From IMG/VR virus record IMGVR_UViG_3300020478_000003, positions 60,361 through 124,360 of that record: a stretch of DNA of 64,000 nucleotides. One strand, 5' to 3'. Made by a program: the position numbers and the translations under genes. How positions within the stretch are numbered: the first letter of the stretch is position 1; each line of letters begins with the position of its first letter. The notes beneath the pieces are model-generated. The model did no database searches. It was not told the DNA's origin and saw only the letters and a list, made by a program, of their open reading frames with translations. Shown here piece after piece: positions 9,611-19,436 of the stretch. This DNA comes from a virus.

Positions 9611-9781
9611 ATGACTAAAGAAAAACTCAATTTACCTAAAACCACTCCAATGGAGAATCCCAATCCATTCGCCGAAGAAGAAGTAACTATTGAAGTCGAA
9701 TTGGAAGATTCTCCTCTCACATCCGCTGTTAGAACTATATTAGAAAAGACTAAGGAAAAGTCTGACTACAGATCCTTCTAA
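9611..9781 (+). CDS. Small hypothetical protein (56 aa), not in the ORF track
   Basis: AGGAG SD, ATG 9611, TAA 9779-9781; fills the gp47-gp46 gap. Confidence 0.65.
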   Translation: MTKEKLNLPKTTPMENPNPFAEEEVTIEVELEDSPLTSAVRTILEKTKEKSDYRSF

Positions 9782-9786
9782 AAATA

Positions 9787-11448
9787 ATGATAAAATTTAA
9801 AACTGTTCGTTATAAGAACTTTCTGTCCACTGGTAATAAAGTGTCGGAAGTTCGTATAGATGACACACGTACATCTTTAATTATTGGTCAAAATGGTGCT
9901 GGTAAATCTACATTTATGGATGCCATATCCTTTGGGCTGTTCGGTAAACCTTTCCGCAAAGTCAAACTAGACCAACTAGTCAATTCTATCAATAAGAAGA
10001 ATTGTATGGTTGAACTAGAATTTGAGAATGGCGGAAAGGAATATCTGATTAAACGTGGTCTTCGCCCAGCAAAATTTGAAATATATGTTGATGGAGAAAT
10101 GAATGACCAAATGGCTTCTGCACGAGACAGTCAGGATTTCTTGGAACGATATGTTCTGCGAATGAATGAAAAAGCATTTCGACAGATAGTTGTTTTGGGA
10201 TCAGGATCGTTTATTCCATTTATGAGACTTGGAGCAGGAGATCGGAGGGCTATTATTGAGGATCTTCTTGATATCCAAATTTTCTCTCTTATGAATGATA
10301 TTGTTAAGCAACGAATATCGGATAATAGTACCAGATTAACTGGAGTAGAACATCAAATAGAACTATTGGATCAGAGTATCAGACTCCAAGAGGAACATCT
10401 TAAAGAGATTCAAGATAATAATGCAGAAGCCGTAAAAGAGAAGAAAGCGGAGCTGAAAAAAGCTAAGAAACAAATCGAAGGAATTAAAAACGAAATTGAG
10501 GAACTTCAAGATCAGGTACAAGATTATACTCCTCATAAGAAAAAGCACCGAAAACTTGAAGAATATAAAGCTAAAATTACATCAAAGCAAACTCATATAG
10601 TGGGTCAGATACAACTGGTCAATGAAAATTCTGAATGTCCTGAATGTACACAGGAAATAACGGAAGAACATAAGACCAAGGTGACCGAAAAGTTAGGAGG
10701 AAAAGCAGATGAATTGAAAGTGGCTATTTCCGATATTGATACAGAGATAACAGACCTTGCGGACCGAATAGATAAGATAGAGGATATCTTGACCAGAATA
10801 TCGGAAAAGAATAACTCTATAATGGGTATTAATGAATACATAACACAAATAGAAACCGGTCTTGTTGAATCAGCTAAAAAGCCCAAAAATGATCAAGCAG
10901 AACTAACAAAAAGTAAAGAGGATTTGGATAAAGCCAGATCCAATAAATATGACATACAGGATCAAAAACATCATTTGAATACGGTGCAAGAACTCCTAAA
11001 GGATAGTGGAATAAAAACGCTTATTATAAGAAATTATCTTCCACTTATCAATCAGCTAATCAACAAGTATCTTTCGGCATTAAATTTTTACATCAATTTT
11101 CAGCTAGATGAGGCGTTCATTGAAACGATTAAGAGCCGAGGTCGAGATGCTTTTCAATACGGATCATTTTCAGAAGGAGAGAAACTCCGAATTGATTTAG
11201 CCCTATTATTTACGTGGAGAGAAGTGGCGAAATTGAAATCTTCAGTAGCTACAAATCTTTTAGTCCTGGACGAAATATTTGACAGTAGTTTAGATTCCAC
11301 TGGTGTTGAGGATTTCTTGGGAATTCTGAATTCTCTTGGAGATGATACTCACGCTTTTGTGATATCCCACAAAGGAGATCAGATATTAGACAAATTCGGT
11401 AGAGTAATTTCGATTGAAAAAGAAGGAAATTTTTCTAGGATCAGTTGA
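9787..11448 (+). CDS. gp46: Recombination endonuclease subunit gp46 (Rad50/SbcC-like ATPase)
   Basis: GQNGAGKS Walker A, CPEC zinc hook, FSEGEK signature, LDEIFD Walker B. Confidence 0.97.
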   Translation: MIKFKTVRYKNFLSTGNKVSEVRIDDTRTSLIIGQNGAGKSTFMDAISFGLFGKPFRKVKLDQLVNSINKKNCMVELEFENGGKEYLIKRGLRPAKFEIYVDGEMNDQMASARDSQDFLERYVLRMNEKAFRQIVVLGSGSFIPFMRLGAGDRRAIIEDLLDIQIFSLMNDIVKQRISDNSTRLTGVEHQIELLDQSIRLQEEHLKEIQDNNAEAVKEKKAELKKAKKQIEGIKNEIEELQDQVQDYTPHKKKHRKLEEYKAKITSKQTHIVGQIQLVNENSECPECTQEITEEHKTKVTEKLGGKADELKVAISDIDTEITDLADRIDKIEDILTRISEKNNSIMGINEYITQIETGLVESAKKPKNDQAELTKSKEDLDKARSNKYDIQDQKHHLNTVQELLKDSGIKTLIIRNYLPLINQLINKYLSALNFYINFQLDEAFIETIKSRGRDAFQYGSFSEGEKLRIDLALLFTWREVAKLKSSVATNLLVLDEIFDSSLDSTGVEDFLGILNSLGDDTHAFVISHKGDQILDKFGRVISIEKEGNFSRIS

Positions 11449-11576
11449 TGAAAAATTGGTTCGAGGAGATAATCATATTTTGTTTCACTTACGGATGGTT
11501 TTTCGGTTTAATCCCCATTATTTTAGGAATAATCGGAGCAATATTTTATAGTTATAACCCAAACACAGGATATTGA
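11448..11576 (+). CDS. Small membrane protein (42 aa), not in the ORF track
   Basis: TGATG coupling to the gp46 stop; MKNWFEEIIIFCFTYGWFFGLIPIILGIIGAIFYSY... Confidence 0.55.
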   Translation: MKNWFEEIIIFCFTYGWFFGLIPIILGIIGAIFYSYNPNTGY

Positions 11577-11619
11577 TTATGGGGGCCCGGTGTGTCGTAC
11601 CGGCGGCACGCCCTCATAA
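11577..11619. terminator. GC-rich stem-loop (probable terminator or processing site)
   Basis: TTATGGGGGC...GCCCTCATAA outer stem with inner CCGGTG/TACCGG. Confidence 0.5.
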
Positions 11620-11643
11620 AAATGAAAAAAGATCAAAAAAGAC

Positions 11644-11672
11644 TTGACAATTTGTTCCCACCTCTGTAAAAT
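11644..11672 (+). promoter_or_regulatory. sigma70-type early promoter
   Basis: A-tract, TTGACA-17 nt-TAAAAT with TG just upstream of the -10. Confidence 0.85.
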
Positions 11673-11708
11673 GGTATATGAAAATGAGAGATTAACAGAA
11701 AGGGGAAA

Positions 11709-14045
11709 ATGGGAAAACATAATCGAGTCGTTAATATCGAATCCAAGAATGTCTTAGCCAAGCTGATGGCTACCGAGAACATTCACGTAGAACACAAAAA
11801 AGTCTCAACCGCATCTTTTGATGTCAAGAATCGTAGACTTATTCTACCCATCTGGAAAGATATGGACCACACGATGTATGAGGGTCTGATTGGTCACGAA
11901 GTTGGTCACGCCTTATACACCCCTTACGAAGAATGGGCAGAATTCGCAAAGAAAAATTCCCATCTCAAAGCCTACGCTAATATCCTCGAAGATGCTCGTA
12001 TCGAGCGTAAAATGAAAATCAAATATCCAGGGATGAAAAAGACATTTTTTGAAATGTATGATGCCCTTGCAAGACAAGATTTTTTCGGTACCCACGGTCG
12101 TGATCTTGGAGAATACGGATTTGCTGACCGACTTAATTTGAGTTTTAAAATCGGTGCTTTAGCGGAAGTTCCTTTCTCGGAAGAAGAGGAGGAGTTCCGT
12201 GGTCGTGTATTGAAAGCCGAGACATTTGAAGATATCCTTGAATTATCAAGAGAACTCGGAAAGATGGCGAAAGAAGAAGCCGAAACAAATATGGAAGATA
12301 TGGAGATGAGTGATTCCGGCGATGAAACCGAGTCTAATGAAGATGAAGACGTGGAGCCAAGTGGCTCAGCTCCATTCCCTATGCCTACCCCTCCTGAATC
12401 AGAAGAAAACGAAGAAGAGGAAGATTCTGGTGCAAGAGCCGATTCTGATGAAGAAAAAGAAGAGGGAAATAATGAAGGAAATTGCAAAAGTGATGAATCG
12501 GACGGAGAAGGGGAAAAGAAAGAAAGTGAAACCGGAGACGAAGGGGATGAAAAGTCTGATGAACCTAATCACTCGGCAAGTGGAAATTGTGATGCTGAAA
12601 TGACGGATCCTGAAGAAAATGATGATCTCCCAGAAGCAGAAACACAAAAAGCCTGGGAAGAGGCGATGGAAGAAATGAATGATGCGGAAGCAAAAGAGCC
12701 AATCTACTTGGATCTCCCAAAAATTAATCCTTACAAATCAGTTGTTCCTTGGAAAGATATTTTTGAACAGTTAAACGAACATTGGAGCAAAAATGAAAAT
12801 TTCTCCACATATCGATTCCATTGGGAAGAAGCTGGTGCAGATAAGTGGAAAAAGGAAGAGGAAAATGCTTTCAGAACTTGGAAAAAGGACACCACTCAAA
12901 TTGTCAACTATATGGTCAAAGAATTTGAAATGAAGCAAGCGGCTACTGAATATCGCCGAACTTCAATTAGCAAAACCGGTGTTCTGGATATGAATAAACT
13001 GCATAAATACAGAACAGATGAAGATATTTTCAGGCGTGTTGCTTCGGTCAAAGATGGACGAAATCACGCTTTATTGATGTTTATTGATTGGTCAGGGTCG
13101 ATGCACGGCAAGATGGAAGCCACAGTAAAGCAGACCCTAACACTTGTTATGTTTGCTAGAAAAGTTGGAATTCCTTTCAGAGTTTATTCTTTCAGTAACT
13201 CCGGTGGAATTCTTGATAAAATCGGAAAGGACACTTACTACAGCCGAGCGGAAAACTCCGCTGTAGATCATTTAGTTCCTGGAAAACTTGGAATGCACGA
13301 ATATTTTAGTGAGAAAATGTCCTCTAGGGAATTCAATATTCAACTTAAAAATATGGCGTTTCTTGGAAAATCAGTAGATTACTCTGGATTATCTCATCCT
13401 GCAGGACACGGAACTTGTTCGACTCCTTTAAATGAGTCAATTTTAGCCGCCACAGAAATGGTGGGAGACTTCAAAAAAGAGACCGGAGCCGAAAAAGTTA
13501 ATGCGATTTTTCTGACTGATGGCGGAGCCGATTACTGCTCTGACTATTGGGATTCTGAGAAACAGGAGAAAAAAGATGTTTACAGTTACCGTCAGTACGG
13601 TTCAGACCACAGAAAGTACCTGGTAATCCGTGATAATGTTACCAAAAGACTTGTTCATACTGACGGAACCCGTGCAAAATTGACTGGAAGTCTCCTGAGA
13701 AATCTTGCGAACCGACATAACATTAATGTGATTGGATTTCATATCACCGATAGTTCAAAGATTAATCGCCAGATTCAATATGAAGCAAGTTATTCAGAAC
13801 ACGCCGAACTCCGATCTTTTGCGAAAAAGCACGGATATGTCCCAATGAAAGAAAGTGGATATGCTACATATTTTCTCGTAAATGACAAGCAATTAGATAA
13901 AGAAGCAAATTTCAATACAGACGGAGTTTCTAATGATGCGGGAGTTGTAGCAAAAGGAAAACTACGTACCCAGTTTCGCAAATTTACTTCAGCCCGTAAA
14001 GTTAACAAAATGATGCTGAACGAATTTGTTGCCCTGGTAGCTTAA
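11709..14045 (+). CDS. Metallopeptidase-like/VWA protein (CobT-like partner of the AAA+ ATPase)
   Basis: HEVGH zincin motif, acidic linker, MIDAS motif DWSGS and FLTDG. Confidence 0.88.
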   Translation: MGKHNRVVNIESKNVLAKLMATENIHVEHKKVSTASFDVKNRRLILPIWKDMDHTMYEGLIGHEVGHALYTPYEEWAEFAKKNSHLKAYANILEDARIERKMKIKYPGMKKTFFEMYDALARQDFFGTHGRDLGEYGFADRLNLSFKIGALAEVPFSEEEEEFRGRVLKAETFEDILELSRELGKMAKEEAETNMEDMEMSDSGDETESNEDEDVEPSGSAPFPMPTPPESEENEEEEDSGARADSDEEKEEGNNEGNCKSDESDGEGEKKESETGDEGDEKSDEPNHSASGNCDAEMTDPEENDDLPEAETQKAWEEAMEEMNDAEAKEPIYLDLPKINPYKSVVPWKDIFEQLNEHWSKNENFSTYRFHWEEAGADKWKKEEENAFRTWKKDTTQIVNYMVKEFEMKQAATEYRRTSISKTGVLDMNKLHKYRTDEDIFRRVASVKDGRNHALLMFIDWSGSMHGKMEATVKQTLTLVMFARKVGIPFRVYSFSNSGGILDKIGKDTYYSRAENSAVDHLVPGKLGMHEYFSEKMSSREFNIQLKNMAFLGKSVDYSGLSHPAGHGTCSTPLNESILAATEMVGDFKKETGAEKVNAIFLTDGGADYCSDYWDSEKQEKKDVYSYRQYGSDHRKYLVIRDNVTKRLVHTDGTRAKLTGSLLRNLANRHNINVIGFHITDSSKINRQIQYEASYSEHAELRSFAKKHGYVPMKESGYATYFLVNDKQLDKEANFNTDGVSNDAGVVAKGKLRTQFRKFTSARKVNKMMLNEFVALVA

Positions 14046-14054
14046 AGGAGAAAA

Positions 14055-14336
14055 ATGATACCCAACACAAAATTTATCAAAAACGAACCCGTTCGTACAT
14101 TGGATGATGATGAGGGAGTCGTTAGTGAAGTTTTTATATCATATCCTACTATATCCGGATTAGCAGATTGGACCGCTCCTCAAGTCCACTATTTAGTTAC
14201 CGTGGATAGAAATCGGGCCGATCTGTATATGGAAGGTGAATTGTCAGATATTCGCCAGCAAATGCTTGATCTGGATTTGGATCCAATTGATGATAATGAT
14301 GCCGATTATTGGTACTCTGAAGTTTATGAAAAATAA
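14055..14336 (+). CDS. Hypothetical protein
   Basis: AAGGAG SD, 93 aa ORF. Confidence 0.7.
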   Translation: MIPNTKFIKNEPVRTLDDDEGVVSEVFISYPTISGLADWTAPQVHYLVTVDRNRADLYMEGELSDIRQQMLDLDLDPIDDNDADYWYSEVYEK

Positions 14337-14349
14337 TGTAAAAAAAGAC

Positions 14350-14378
14350 TTGACATATACCATTGGATTCTGTATAAT
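14350..14378 (+). promoter_or_regulatory. sigma70-type early promoter
   Basis: TTGACA-17 nt-TATAAT with extended -10 TG. Confidence 0.9.
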
Positions 14379-14444
14379 GGTTTATGAAAGATGAGAGATT
14401 GAAGGAATCTCTTTGCTGAATGTCACCTATATGATGGAGTTGAT

Positions 14445-15686
14445 ATGACAAATAAACGAGTTGATGTGAATGAGTTTGGTGCTTGTGCTAAAAAAATGTT
14501 TGGCACTCTTGATGTCACCAAAGCAAATATGGAAGCGATTTCCGCTACTTACAATATTTGCATCCCATCCAAAGTTAAATACGCCGAAGTCGTGTCGAGT
14601 GACCCGATTGTTCGCCGTATCCCAGTTACCGAAGAAGTTGAAGCACCGGAAAGGATTTCAGCTACTACAGCCATTGAGCCGTTGACTGATACCGAACTTG
14701 CTGAACACCAAAAAGCAGTATCGGTTACTTCAATTGTTGCTGAAGCCGAAAGAACTTCAGCCGCTTCACTTGATACTTCCATTTCATTTATTCCTAGAGT
14801 AGACAAATCTTTTGTTGCCTGGGGAAACTGTGGAGATATTAAACGTATTTTAAAAAGCCGACTTTTCTTCCCAGTCTATTTGACCGGGATGTCCGGAAAC
14901 GGAAAAACTTTTGGGATTGAGCAGACTTGTGCCAGTCTTAGTCGGGAAATGATCCGAGTTAACTTTACCGCCGAAACGGATGAAGATGATCTGTTCGGTG
15001 GTTTTCGTCTTGTAAATGGCGAAACAGTTTTTCAATACGGGCCGGTTGTCGAAGCGATGAAACGCGGAGCAGTTTTGCTTTTAGACGAAATCGACCTTGG
15101 ATCTCACAAAATTATGGCGCTTCAGTCTGTCCTTGAGGGAAAGGGATACTTCATTAAAAAGCGTGCCGAGTGGGTTGAGCCCGCTGACGGATTTACAATC
15201 ATCGCAACCGCCAACACCAAGGGTAAGGGAAGTGATGACGGACGTTTTATCGGAACCAATGTTCTGAATGAAGCCTTCCTCGACCGATTCTCAATTACAA
15301 TGTATCAGCCCTATCCTTCGGAAGCCGTAGAGAGAAAAATTCTCTTCAAAGCCGCCGCTGGATTCGGAATTGAATCTGAAGCCGTTGAAAAATTTATTCC
15401 CAATCTTACAATGTGGGGAGACATTATCAGGAAAACTTTTGAAGAGGGCGGAGTGGACGAAATCGTTTCAACCCGTCGTCTTGTTGATATCCTGAAATCC
15501 TTTTCGATTTTCGGTGATCGCGGAAAATCAATCAGAATGGCGATTGAACGTTTCGATGATGAAACCCGAGAATCCTTTATGTCTCTTTATGAGAAAATTG
15601 ATGCCGGTGTCGGACTCGAAAATGTTGAGGGAGGATCCGAAATCGGAACAGATGGCGGAACTGAAGATGACTCCGCAAACGAATAA
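14445..15686 (+). CDS. CobS/MoxR-like AAA+ ATPase
   Basis: GMSGNGKT Walker A, LLLDEID Walker B, TANTKGKG and NEAFLDRF motifs. Confidence 0.92.
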   Translation: MTNKRVDVNEFGACAKKMFGTLDVTKANMEAISATYNICIPSKVKYAEVVSSDPIVRRIPVTEEVEAPERISATTAIEPLTDTELAEHQKAVSVTSIVAEAERTSAASLDTSISFIPRVDKSFVAWGNCGDIKRILKSRLFFPVYLTGMSGNGKTFGIEQTCASLSREMIRVNFTAETDEDDLFGGFRLVNGETVFQYGPVVEAMKRGAVLLLDEIDLGSHKIMALQSVLEGKGYFIKKRAEWVEPADGFTIIATANTKGKGSDDGRFIGTNVLNEAFLDRFSITMYQPYPSEAVERKILFKAAAGFGIESEAVEKFIPNLTMWGDIIRKTFEEGGVDEIVSTRRLVDILKSFSIFGDRGKSIRMAIERFDDETRESFMSLYEKIDAGVGLENVEGGSEIGTDGGTEDDSANE

Positions 15687-15719
15687 CTCCGTGGGGTAGT
15701 TTGAACCCCTCATTCAGCA

Positions 15720-15775
15720 CCCCGGTCGTTTCCTTCCTCCTTTCGCGGCCGGGGATTCTACTTAACAGAAGGGAG
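15720..15775 (+). promoter_or_regulatory. Stem-loop with a pyrimidine loop complementary to the downstream SD (possible pseudoknot)
   Basis: CCCCGGTCG/CGGCCGGGG stem; loop CTCCTTTC can pair with GAAGGGAG at 15768-15775. Confidence 0.4.
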
Positions 15776-15786
15776 ACACTAGAAAA

Positions 15787-15939
15787 ATGGAATACATTAT
15801 AGAAATGATGGATGAAGACGGAGAATCAGAAATGTACGGATTTCCAGATACCGAAAATATGTACAAGTTTTTAGATATGCTCTCGGAAGACGGAATTTGT
15901 ATTGAAGATGTTATAATACCACAGGAGGGATACGTATGA
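15787..15939 (+). CDS. Small acidic hypothetical protein (50 aa), not in the ORF track
   Basis: MEYIIEMMDEDGESEMYGF...; stop overlaps the next ATG (ATGA). Confidence 0.6.
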   Translation: MEYIIEMMDEDGESEMYGFPDTENMYKFLDMLSEDGICIEDVIIPQEGYV

Positions 15940-16319
15940 TGGAAACTTATGCTGAACGACTTGAAAGAGAAAAACGACCTCGGCCTACTATCACGGCTAG
16001 CCCAGAGGACGTGGATGAACACCATCCAATAATGGAACCACAAAAAACTCCCTGGCGTTATGGAGAGGGAGAAGTTTTAAAAGACCTGGAGAATCATATT
16101 AAGGCAACTTATACGAGCCATTATACCACGGCCGATTCTTCAAATGATTTACAGACAATAGATGTATTTGCATATAGAGGAACTCTTGGCTCCACCGCAA
16201 TTGATAATGCAATCAAATACTTAATGCGATATGGAAAGAAAGAGGGAAAGAATGAACGGGATCTTATGAAAGCAATGCACTATTTAATTTTAGCAACCGC
16301 ATATGAAAGGGGAAAATAA
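15936..16319 (+). CDS. DUF3310-like conserved phage protein
   Basis: TYTSHY...NAIKYLMRYGKKEG...DLMKAMHY pattern. Confidence 0.7.
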   Translation: MMETYAERLEREKRPRPTITASPEDVDEHHPIMEPQKTPWRYGEGEVLKDLENHIKATYTSHYTTADSSNDLQTIDVFAYRGTLGSTAIDNAIKYLMRYGKKEGKNERDLMKAMHYLILATAYERGK

Positions 16320-16666
16320 TGGAAATAATCGGTGCAATATTAGGACTGTTTTTTGTAGTAGTGACTCCTCCAGCCCAAGCTGAGAGTAGTCCTTACGTAT
16401 ATGTTAAAGAATATCGAACCTACCTGGAATGCAAAGCGGAGATGAATCCGATATCAGACATTTGTATTGCGGAACCAGAACGATATCTTGGAACCAGAAA
16501 ATACACAAAAATAGGGATATCCCAAACCAGTGTGGAATACACCAATACTTGTACCCGTGTTGAGGGATGTGAAGTAGATACAAATGCAGATTCAATGGAA
16601 GATTATTGTCCTACTTGTGATTCTATTAAGTGGTACGAAAAACTTGACATTGACCCCAAGTCCTAG
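16319..16666 (+). CDS. Secreted Cys-containing hypothetical protein
   Basis: Signal-peptide-like N-terminus ending AQA; 6 Cys. Confidence 0.6.
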   Translation: MEIIGAILGLFFVVVTPPAQAESSPYVYVKEYRTYLECKAEMNPISDICIAEPERYLGTRKYTKIGISQTSVEYTNTCTRVEGCEVDTNADSMEDYCPTCDSIKWYEKLDIDPKS

Positions 16667-16672
16667 TATAAT
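16644..16672 (+). promoter_or_regulatory. sigma70-type promoter for the gp45 operon
   Basis: TTGACA-17 nt-TATAAT overlapping the end of the upstream ORF. Confidence 0.9.
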
Positions 16673-16702
16673 AGGCGTAATTAAATAAAAAAGGAGTATA
16701 TT

Positions 16703-17389
16703 ATGAAATTGAGTGAGAACACCCTGGAGGTCTTGAAAAATTTTGCCTCCATTAATCAATCGATTCTCTTTACAGAGGGAAACAGTATAGATACTGTATC
16801 TGTACAGAAAAACGTACTGGGATCAGCAAAAGTTGCCGAGACTTTCAAATCTTCCAACGGAGAAGATTTTGCAATTTATGATCTTAATGAATTCCTTTCC
16901 ACAATATCATTATTCGATGATCCAGATGTGGAGTTTGGTGAGCAATATGCCACTATCCAAGATAAAAATTCAGTAACTCATTATTGGTATGCAGATAAAG
17001 AAATTATCGTATATCCAACTTCTAAAATTTCGATGCCGTCAAGTGAAGTTGAATTCAAATTGACAGCCGAAACTTATGATAAACTTCAACGTGCAACTGG
17101 TACATTAGCAGTTCCCGATTTGGTTATCCGAAGAGAAGAGGACAAAGTTGTTGCTGAAGTTCTTGACAAACGGAACGACACTTCAAATACATTCAGAGTG
17201 GAAGTGGGTTCTTATATCGGTGGAGAATCTAGTACCGACTTCAAATTCTATTTTTTGACTGAACGGTTGAAGATGCTACCGGGTGATTATGATGTTGAAA
17301 TTTCATCCAAGAAGATTTCAAAGTTGACTTCTTCGGATGGTAAATTAACTTATTGGATAGCTTTAGAACAGGATTCGACTTATGAATAA
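16703..17389 (+). CDS. gp45: Sliding clamp gp45
   Basis: MKLSENTLEVLKNFASINQSI, FAIYDLNEFL and YWIALE motifs. Confidence 0.96.
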   Translation: MKLSENTLEVLKNFASINQSILFTEGNSIDTVSVQKNVLGSAKVAETFKSSNGEDFAIYDLNEFLSTISLFDDPDVEFGEQYATIQDKNSVTHYWYADKEIIVYPTSKISMPSSEVEFKLTAETYDKLQRATGTLAVPDLVIRREEDKVVAEVLDKRNDTSNTFRVEVGSYIGGESSTDFKFYFLTERLKMLPGDYDVEISSKKISKLTSSDGKLTYWIALEQDSTYE

Positions 17390-18332
17390 AGATTTTCTCT
17401 GGGTAGAAAAATATCGCCCTAAGAAAATTGACGAATGTATCCTTCCAGATACTTTGAAAGATACATTTCAGGAGTTTGTGTCAAATGGCGATATGCCGAA
17501 TCTATTGTTAAGTGGTTCTGCAGGAACTGGTAAGACTACTGTAGCAAAAGCCCTTTGTGAACAATTGGGTTATACCACTTTAGTAATCAATGGATCGCTT
17601 GATAGAAATATAGACACGTTACGGAACGATATAGCTACTTTTGCTTCTACTGTTTCCTTTGATGGTGGGAAGAAGTGTATCATCCTGGACGAAGCAGATT
17701 ATTTAAACCCACAATCGTTCCAGCCTGCTCTTCGTGGATTCATAGAACACTTTTCCAAGAATGTACGATTCATTTTAACGTGTAATTTCAAAGATAAGAT
17801 CATTGAACCGATTCATTCTCGGACTACATATATAGATTTTAGAATAGAAAAAAGAGACCTTCCATCCTTGATGGGAGAGTTTATGGATCGGACCATAAAT
17901 ATTCTTGAAACAGAAGATATTAAAATTGAAAGCAAGCCGGCTTTAGCTGAATTGATTAAACGGCACTTTCCAGATATGCGAAGAACCCTAAATGAACTCC
18001 AGCGATATTCAGCTGGTGGAGTCATCGATAAAGGCGTTCTAGCAAGGGTAGGTGAAGCTAATATCGGTAGTTTGATGTCGATGTTAAAGGACAAAAACTT
18101 TACTGGTATGCGACAATGGGTAGTCGACCACATAGATACAGATCCCATTGCTATTTATCGCCAGATTTACGACCAGATGCACCGGTTTTTACAACCGCAG
18201 AGCATCCCACAGGTAGTTCTTATGATTGCGGACTACCAATATAAACAGGCTTTCGTGCAGGATGCAGAAATTAACTTAGTCGCCTTTTTAACTGAGGTGA
18301 TGGCAGAAGCGGAGTGGAAAAATGACGGATGA
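17382..18332 (+). CDS. gp44: Clamp loader large subunit gp44
   Basis: LWVEKYRP, GSAGTGKT, ILDEAD and HSR motifs. Confidence 0.97.
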   Translation: MNKDFLWVEKYRPKKIDECILPDTLKDTFQEFVSNGDMPNLLLSGSAGTGKTTVAKALCEQLGYTTLVINGSLDRNIDTLRNDIATFASTVSFDGGKKCIILDEADYLNPQSFQPALRGFIEHFSKNVRFILTCNFKDKIIEPIHSRTTYIDFRIEKRDLPSLMGEFMDRTINILETEDIKIESKPALAELIKRHFPDMRRTLNELQRYSAGGVIDKGVLARVGEANIGSLMSMLKDKNFTGMRQWVVDHIDTDPIAIYRQIYDQMHRFLQPQSIPQVVLMIADYQYKQAFVQDAEINLVAFLTEVMAEAEWKNDG

Positions 18333-18642
18333 TGTTTTTAATAAAATAGTTTATGATCATAAAATTGATCAGTGGATGATTGATAGGGGAATTAGTGCTA
18401 ATGGAACTGCAATGGGCCAGGCGATTAAAACTCTAGAAGAAACCACCGAACTTTTAGATGCAATAAATCATAATGATGAGAAACTAATAACCGATGCTAT
18501 TGGAGATATATACGTTACTTTGCGAGGAGTATGTCAGGTTTTGGATATCAAATTTGATAAATGTGTAGAAGCCGCATATAACGAAATTAAGGATCGCAAA
18601 GGACATTTATCAGCCGGTGGCGTGTTTATAAAAGAGGAATAA
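18322..18642 (+). CDS. MazG-like NTP pyrophosphohydrolase
   Basis: KTLEETTEL...DAIGD and AYNEIKDRKG motifs. Confidence 0.85.
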   Translation: MTDDVFNKIVYDHKIDQWMIDRGISANGTAMGQAIKTLEETTELLDAINHNDEKLITDAIGDIYVTLRGVCQVLDIKFDKCVEAAYNEIKDRKGHLSAGGVFIKEE

Positions 18643-18643
18643 T

Positions 18644-19024
18644 ATGGCAAATCATTTTCCGGTAGTAACCGAAAAGAAAGCAAGAAAAATCATTGATAAA
18701 GGTGGCAATGTTGTGTTTATACACACCAGAGATAAATGTCCTGTGTGCGATTCTTTCTTACCAAACGTATTGAAACCCGTCTTTGCTGAAGAAAGATTTA
18801 AGGATATTACAGTTTATGAAATTTCGGAAACTATGACATTTCCAGTAGGTCAACATCCTGTAACATATTTCTTTAAAGATGGTCGATGTATTCAGCATCC
18901 AGCTGGTCAGACCACCAGAGAAGTTGTGGAGAATTTATTGGATACGTTTTATCTTGGTAAACCACAAGCACCTCCACCAGTAACTACAGTTAACACTAAT
19001 ATCGAGCCCCCTAAACTTGGCTGA
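18644..19024 (+). CDS. Thioredoxin-fold protein
   Basis: CPVC active site and cis-Pro-like HPVTYFFKDG. Confidence 0.75.
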   Translation: MANHFPVVTEKKARKIIDKGGNVVFIHTRDKCPVCDSFLPNVLKPVFAEERFKDITVYEISETMTFPVGQHPVTYFFKDGRCIQHPAGQTTREVVENLLDTFYLGKPQAPPPVTTVNTNIEPPKLG

Positions 19025-19436
19025 TTTATTTAAAGAAATTTTACCAGATATCAACTACGGACATAAAAATTTGATCCGTACGGGAGATATGGATGAATCA
19101 GAGTATGGAAAGAACTGTTTCATCATTAACCGTGCTTTAAGTATGAATGTTGACACGGTTTTGTACGTAAATGAGATGAATGTAAGATACCAGCTAGACC
19201 CTGTACTTCAGTATGACTATTTTATAAATAGTTTACGACAAAAGAAAAGGTGGTCTAAATGGGCTAAAGCAACTGGTCCATCACCTGCTCTTGAACTTGT
19301 TAAAAGCTATTATAATTATAATGAACAAAGGGCTAGAGAAGTTTTAGACCTTCTCACCGAATCAGAAATTGAGGAAATACGCCTCAGATTATCGAAAGGC
19401 GGTGCTGATGACACAACCAAAAGGAAAACAGAATGA
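19017..19436 (+). CDS. gp62: Clamp loader small subunit gp62
   Basis: FIINRALS, NEMN and QYDYFINSLRQKKRWSKW motifs. Confidence 0.94.
   Translation: MADLFKEILPDINYGHKNLIRTGDMDESEYGKNCFIINRALSMNVDTVLYVNEMNVRYQLDPVLQYDYFINSLRQKKRWSKWAKATGPSPALELVKSYYNYNEQRAREVLDLLTESEIEEIRLRLSKGGADDTTKRKTE
19223..19230 (+). promoter_or_regulatory. Possible late promoter inside gp62
   Basis: TATAAATA upstream of regA. Confidence 0.5.

Noticed and set aside
14445-15686. CobS as a cobalamin-biosynthesis auxiliary gene
   Set aside because: No CobN or other cob genes are present; pairing with a VWA/peptidase protein fits a generic MoxR-type AAA+ chaperone common in T4-like phages
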